Positions 60,271 to 64,000 of a stretch of 64,000 nt of DNA are shown here, piece after piece; position 1 is the first letter of the stretch; the number at the start of each line of letters is the position of its first letter. This DNA comes from Camelus dromedarius (lineage: Eukaryota): assembly GCF_036321535.1 (NCBI RefSeq), contig NC_087472.1:93498001-93562000 (forward strand), given 5' to 3'. The notes below the pieces were generated by a model. The model was not told the origin of the DNA and did no database searches. It was given only the letters and a program-made list of their open reading frames with translations. The translations under genes were made by a program, and so were the position numbers.

Positions 60271-61353
60271 CTAGGTTAACACATAGAATAAGAACACAAA
60301 TATATTATACACTCTGTTGTCTCCAGCCCCACCTTGACCTTCCATTAATGAGAATGTGGACTTTTTATTAATGACAAAGTGAAGAATCGGCTTGACTTTA
60401 TTGGGGCAGGAGGAACTTCTGGCCATGGCCCTGGAGTGCGCACTGGCCATGGCAGTGGTATGAACCTTGGTTGCTGCTCTGGCTCGGGGTCTCTCTTCCT
60501 CAACTGTCACAGCCTCTTCATACCAGGATGGGAAGGCTGTGGGGACCATATCATTGATCTTGGCCACAAACTCCAGCGCTTTCATCTTGCTGGTTTCAGC
60601 GTGGGCTCTTGGACCCCACAGGAACTCATAGCGGGGAGGATCACTATTGGGCACCTGGCGACACTCCAGGTAATTTTCCTGCACCAAATCTTCAGTGATG
60701 AGCTTCCTCGGCTCCCCACAGATGAAGTTCTTCCTCCCAGCATATACACCCATCATATTCAGCACTTCCCAGACTAGCTCCTCAGTGGCACAATTGCCAT
60801 TCATGAATATCACACCCAGAATAGCCATCACCAGGCCGGTTTTGGGAACCTCTCTCACATCATCCAGAATTGCATCGTAGCTTATTTCAAGTTTGTTAAC
60901 AAGGACATAGATGTGCCGGTAGGGATCCACTTCCTTCAGGTCAAGGCCAAAGACCATCTCCATGTGCGCAGAAGCTCTCTTGAGGATCTCATGGAAGTGA
61001 TTCCTGTACACCTGGATTACATTTCTCAGCATATCTGCCTTGGTAATGGGCTCTTTCATTTGATACTTGTACAACAGGTAGTACACCGATAAAACCACCG
61101 TCTCATCTAGAGGGTCTCTGTAGGTGGGCTCAGTGTGTGAAACAGCTGTGGCTCTCTGAAGAACCTGTGGATTACAACATGACCCAGCAATAAGTGAGCT
61201 TTCGGAAATACCTTTGAAAAGAGGAGAGGAAGCAGAGCGGAACTCTTCTCCCACTCCCACAGTGGCCTGGGTACCTGCCAGATCCTCGGGCTTTTCTTGG
61301 GCCTGGCGGTGTTTCTCATGGGCACGGAGCTTACTCTTCTGACTCCAAGGCAT
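60271..61353 (-). CDS. MAGEB10: Melanoma-associated antigen B10-like protein, 360 aa, with 40-aa C-terminal extension from stop-codon loss
   Basis: [14 protein letters not shown] start and complete MAGE homology domain. Identical to the 49835-50791 gene over 500 nt. Reads through the position of the paralogue's TGA (...CPNKV) into former 3' UTR. Confidence 0.85.
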   Translation of the reverse strand: MPWSQKSKLRAHEKHRQAQEKPEDLAGTQATVGVGEEFRSASSPLFKGISESSLIAGSCCNPQVLQRATAVSHTEPTYRDPLDETVVLSVYYLLYKYQMKEPITKADMLRNVIQVYRNHFHEILKRASAHMEMVFGLDLKEVDPYRHIYVLVNKLEISYDAILDDVREVPKTGLVMAILGVIFMNGNCATEELVWEVLNMMGVYAGRKNFICGEPRKLITEDLVQENYLECRQVPNSDPPRYEFLWGPRAHAETSKMKALEFVAKINDMVPTAFPSWYEEAVTVEEERPRARAATKVHTTAMASAHSRAMARSSSCPNKVKPILHFVINKKSTFSLMEGQGGAGDNRVYNIFVFLFYVLT

Positions 61354-61400
61354 GATGACTGTTCAGGTGCAGCAGGCAAGTGGACAGGTAAACCAATGAC

Positions 61401-61420
61401 CTGCAGGAAAGAGGATAAGA
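61401..61420 (-). promoter_or_regulatory. Splice acceptor of the coding exon, unit 3 gene
   Basis: Minus strand tcttatcctctttcctgcAG|gtcattg, 47 nt upstream of the ATG. Confidence 0.75.
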
Positions 61421-61619
61421 TGGTGTGTGTACCTTCACCACATGGCAGAGATGCTGCCTTGGCTTTATTGATGGCCGCCTCTGCCATCAATATATCCTGT
61501 GTGCACTGCTCAAGGAACCCAAAAGGCTCTTGTTCTTCCATCAGCCTGCTTCCTGAGAACCCTGTGAAAGTAATTAGAGTTCACCTTAGGCTGCTTCATG
61601 CCAGATCTGCCTGGCGATT

Positions 61620-63730
61620 CCTGGGGTGATGGCAAGGCTTGGAATGTCCATGGAGGCCCCTCTCTTTTTTTTTTTTGTAGGGGTTGTTTCTCTCAGTTCA
61701 CTTTCAGGGCCATCGTCTTGACTTCTGGCAGCTTTTGAGATCCCCCTATTCTACTGCTCTTATGGTGACTCCTCATTTCAGTGACCTCATTTCCCTTGAA
61801 TTCAAGAGAAGTAAGGGAGAACCTCATCTGACCATATCTTCCTAGGGACACTGGGATGACAGAATTGGCAGAACTTAGAAGGACTATCTCTATCCTGGGG
61901 TAATTAAGATCGTCACTCCTCACTCAAGGTCCTCACCTTGGCTTCTGGTAGGGTCTGCGACTCCTCCCTCTGCTGATGTGAGACCTATCCCCTCAGAACG
62001 AGGCCCTCATATCTCTGAGATCCCTGAGGAGGAAGTTAGGAAGCCCTTATCCTAACATAGCTACCCAATGACCCCTCAGGGCTTATAGCATAATTGGGGT
62101 TCCCTCAGAACTTAATCAAGTTCTTCTTGTTACTCTTGTTAGAAACTGGGACTCCTCTTTCTGCTGCCTGAGGCTGACACTCTGGTCCAATGCCCTTAAC
62201 TTCCTGAGTTCTCACAAGGAGAATTCAGTGGGCCCTTCATCAGATGATTCCTGCCCAATCTCTTTCAAGAATATGCGGGACCCCCTGTTTGGTGTAAGGG
62301 ATCCCCTCCAACTTCACTCATGGTCCTCATGTCACCTCCTAGAAGGACCTAGAAGTAGTTCCTCTGATGACGTAAAGCAGCTTTTCTCAAACAAAGCTCT
62401 TCACTTTTTTGAAAATGCAGATTTAGAATTCAGGATGTCTTGGATCCAGCCACTCACACCTCATCCCTCCCTGGGCTGACAGCAGTGTTAGGACTCTGTG
62501 GGAAACCCTCTCTTTTGAGGTGGGAGGTCCTTCATACTTCACTCAAGGTCCTCACCTTCACTTCTGGGAGGATATGGAACTCTTCCACCTACTGACTTGA
62601 CTCCAGAAACCCTGGAAGTGCCATCCCTTTCTTGAATCTCCAAAGGAAGAATTTAGAGGGTGCTTGTCCAGGGCCCACTATTGCTGATGGCAGGGCAGCA
62701 CCTTGTGGGGGCCCCCTCTCATTGGATAGTAGATACCCTCATACCACACAAAGGGTCCTTACCTACCTCCTGGCAGGACCTGGGCCTCCTCCCTCTGCTA
62801 ACTTTACACCATCCCCTCGGTAACAATTCTATAACATCCCTACGACGTCAGAGGCAGAACTCAGGATGTGTTATATACAGTCACTCCCATCAGGGGCTTC
62901 CTAGGCCTGACAGCAGAGGCCCAGGTTCTGAGAGGCCCGTAAGTTCTGAGAGTTTCTCATTTGTCATAGATGACTCCCTTAGATCATACTCAGGGTCCTG
63001 AACTTTACTGGTGGAAGCCAGGATGCCAAACCCTAGTCCAGTGCTGTCGCCTCTCTGACTCTACAGACGGGGAATTCAAAGAGGAGATCCCTGTAAAGAA
63101 TCTCCCAGGGCTTATGTAAGCGGCAGGATTCTGTCAGCATCCCCTCTCTTCCAGTATATGTTTGAGGGGCCCTCAAGTCTCACTCAGGGTTTTTACCCTA
63201 ATTCCAGACAGTGCTTGGAACTCTTCCAGAGAATTCCTTCCTCTGTTCACCTGATATCCCAAGCTCGGACTAATGCCTTCTCCTCTCTGAGAAGTCAGAG
63301 ATGGAAGTTAGGGGAAGACACTTCCATTCACTCCCATATGGGGCTGAGAATAGGGGTGTGGCTCTCGGATGTGAGGGGTGGACTTTGTCTTTTGTGGGTA
63401 GAGGACTCTGGCAGAACTCACATATGGCTCTTCCATTTACTCCTGGGAGACCTGGAACTCATCTGTCTCCTGATCTGAGTCAGGTAGCCTTAAGCCAAGG
63501 TGTTTGTCCTAAAGCATCCCACCCTCCAGTCCCCCATCCCCAGGCACCAGAAGGTGAAGTGAAGGGGTACCTGGACCTAACAGGCAGGCCTGAGCTTTGA
63601 AGTCCTGATAGTAGGCACAGTGTCTGTGCAAGTCCACTCTGTTGTGGGTTGAGTGATGTCCTCAGAACTTCTGAGTCCTTACTTTTACTTCTTAGGGTCT
63701 GAATCCCCTTCCCTCTGCTAGGCTGAGAAC
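61620..63730 (-). repeat. Degenerate tandem array of about 10 MAGE 5' cassettes, unit 3
   Basis: Same module, core near 61695, 61919, 62111, 62312, 62538, 62745, 62985, 63180, 63415, 63665. Confidence 0.75.
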
Positions 63731-64000
63731 AGTGATATAAAATTTAGTTGGGATTTTGTAATGACTTTGGGAATGACTAGTATGGAACTTTTTTAAAATT
63801 TTCAATTCAATAAGTCATGGTTAAAGCTATAATACAATTTTTGACTCTACATCTACTCATCATTCTAAATTTGACAAAGTAGTGCACCATCTCCAGTGGT
63901 TCTCCAACCACCTTGTAAATGTTTGCATCATAGACCAATTCCCTATTACAGTGTCTGGTGATAACAAAGGCCACCAGACACAGGGGCAGAAAATCCACGT

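Larger units (their letters stand above)
54178..64000. repeat. MAGE-B duplication unit 3 (runs to the window end)
   Basis: Colinear with unit 2 throughout; 63760-64000 matches 53645-53900. Confidence 0.85.

Noticed and set aside
51040..63730. CRISPR-like or prokaryotic repeat-spacer interpretation of the cassette arrays
   Set aside because: Eukaryotic context; the whole cassette is degenerate homology with no invariant repeat, unique spacers or cas genes.

Overview
Mammalian genomic DNA, most likely camelid, based on a Vic-1-type tRNA-derived SINE at 19900-20043 and young L1 3' ends. It is probably X-linked, since MAGE-B clusters are X-linked in mammals. Bases 1-28 kb are AT-rich, repeat-dense DNA with no exon I can support. 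This part holds L1, L2, MIR, MaLR, ERV LTRs and hAT MITEs, plus a U6/L1 chimeric retrocopy, a young 820-bp solo LTR with a 6-bp TSD and a probable L1 3' transduction. Bases 28.5-64 kb are a tandem array of three old paralogous units, all on the minus strand, each ending in a single-coding-exon MAGE-B gene. Unit 1 carries a twice-frameshifted pseudogene (32271-33311). Unit 2 carries an intact MAGEB10-like gene (49835-50791, 318 aa). Unit 3 carries a MAGEB10-like gene that lost its stop codon and gained a 40-aa hydrophobic tail (60271-61353). The units are clearly diverged overall but contain sharply bounded identical or near-identical patches (1470 bp, 500 bp, 98 bp, 510 bp), so unit 3 is a gene-conversion mosaic sharing tracts with both unit 1 and unit 2. 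Upstream of each coding exon is a degenerate array of roughly 200-250-bp cassettes carrying promoter motifs and splice-donor sites. I see no evidence of an entirely new biological system; the most interesting signals are evolutionary and mechanistic. Repeat subfamily names are from recalled consensus features, not a search, and their boundaries are approximate.
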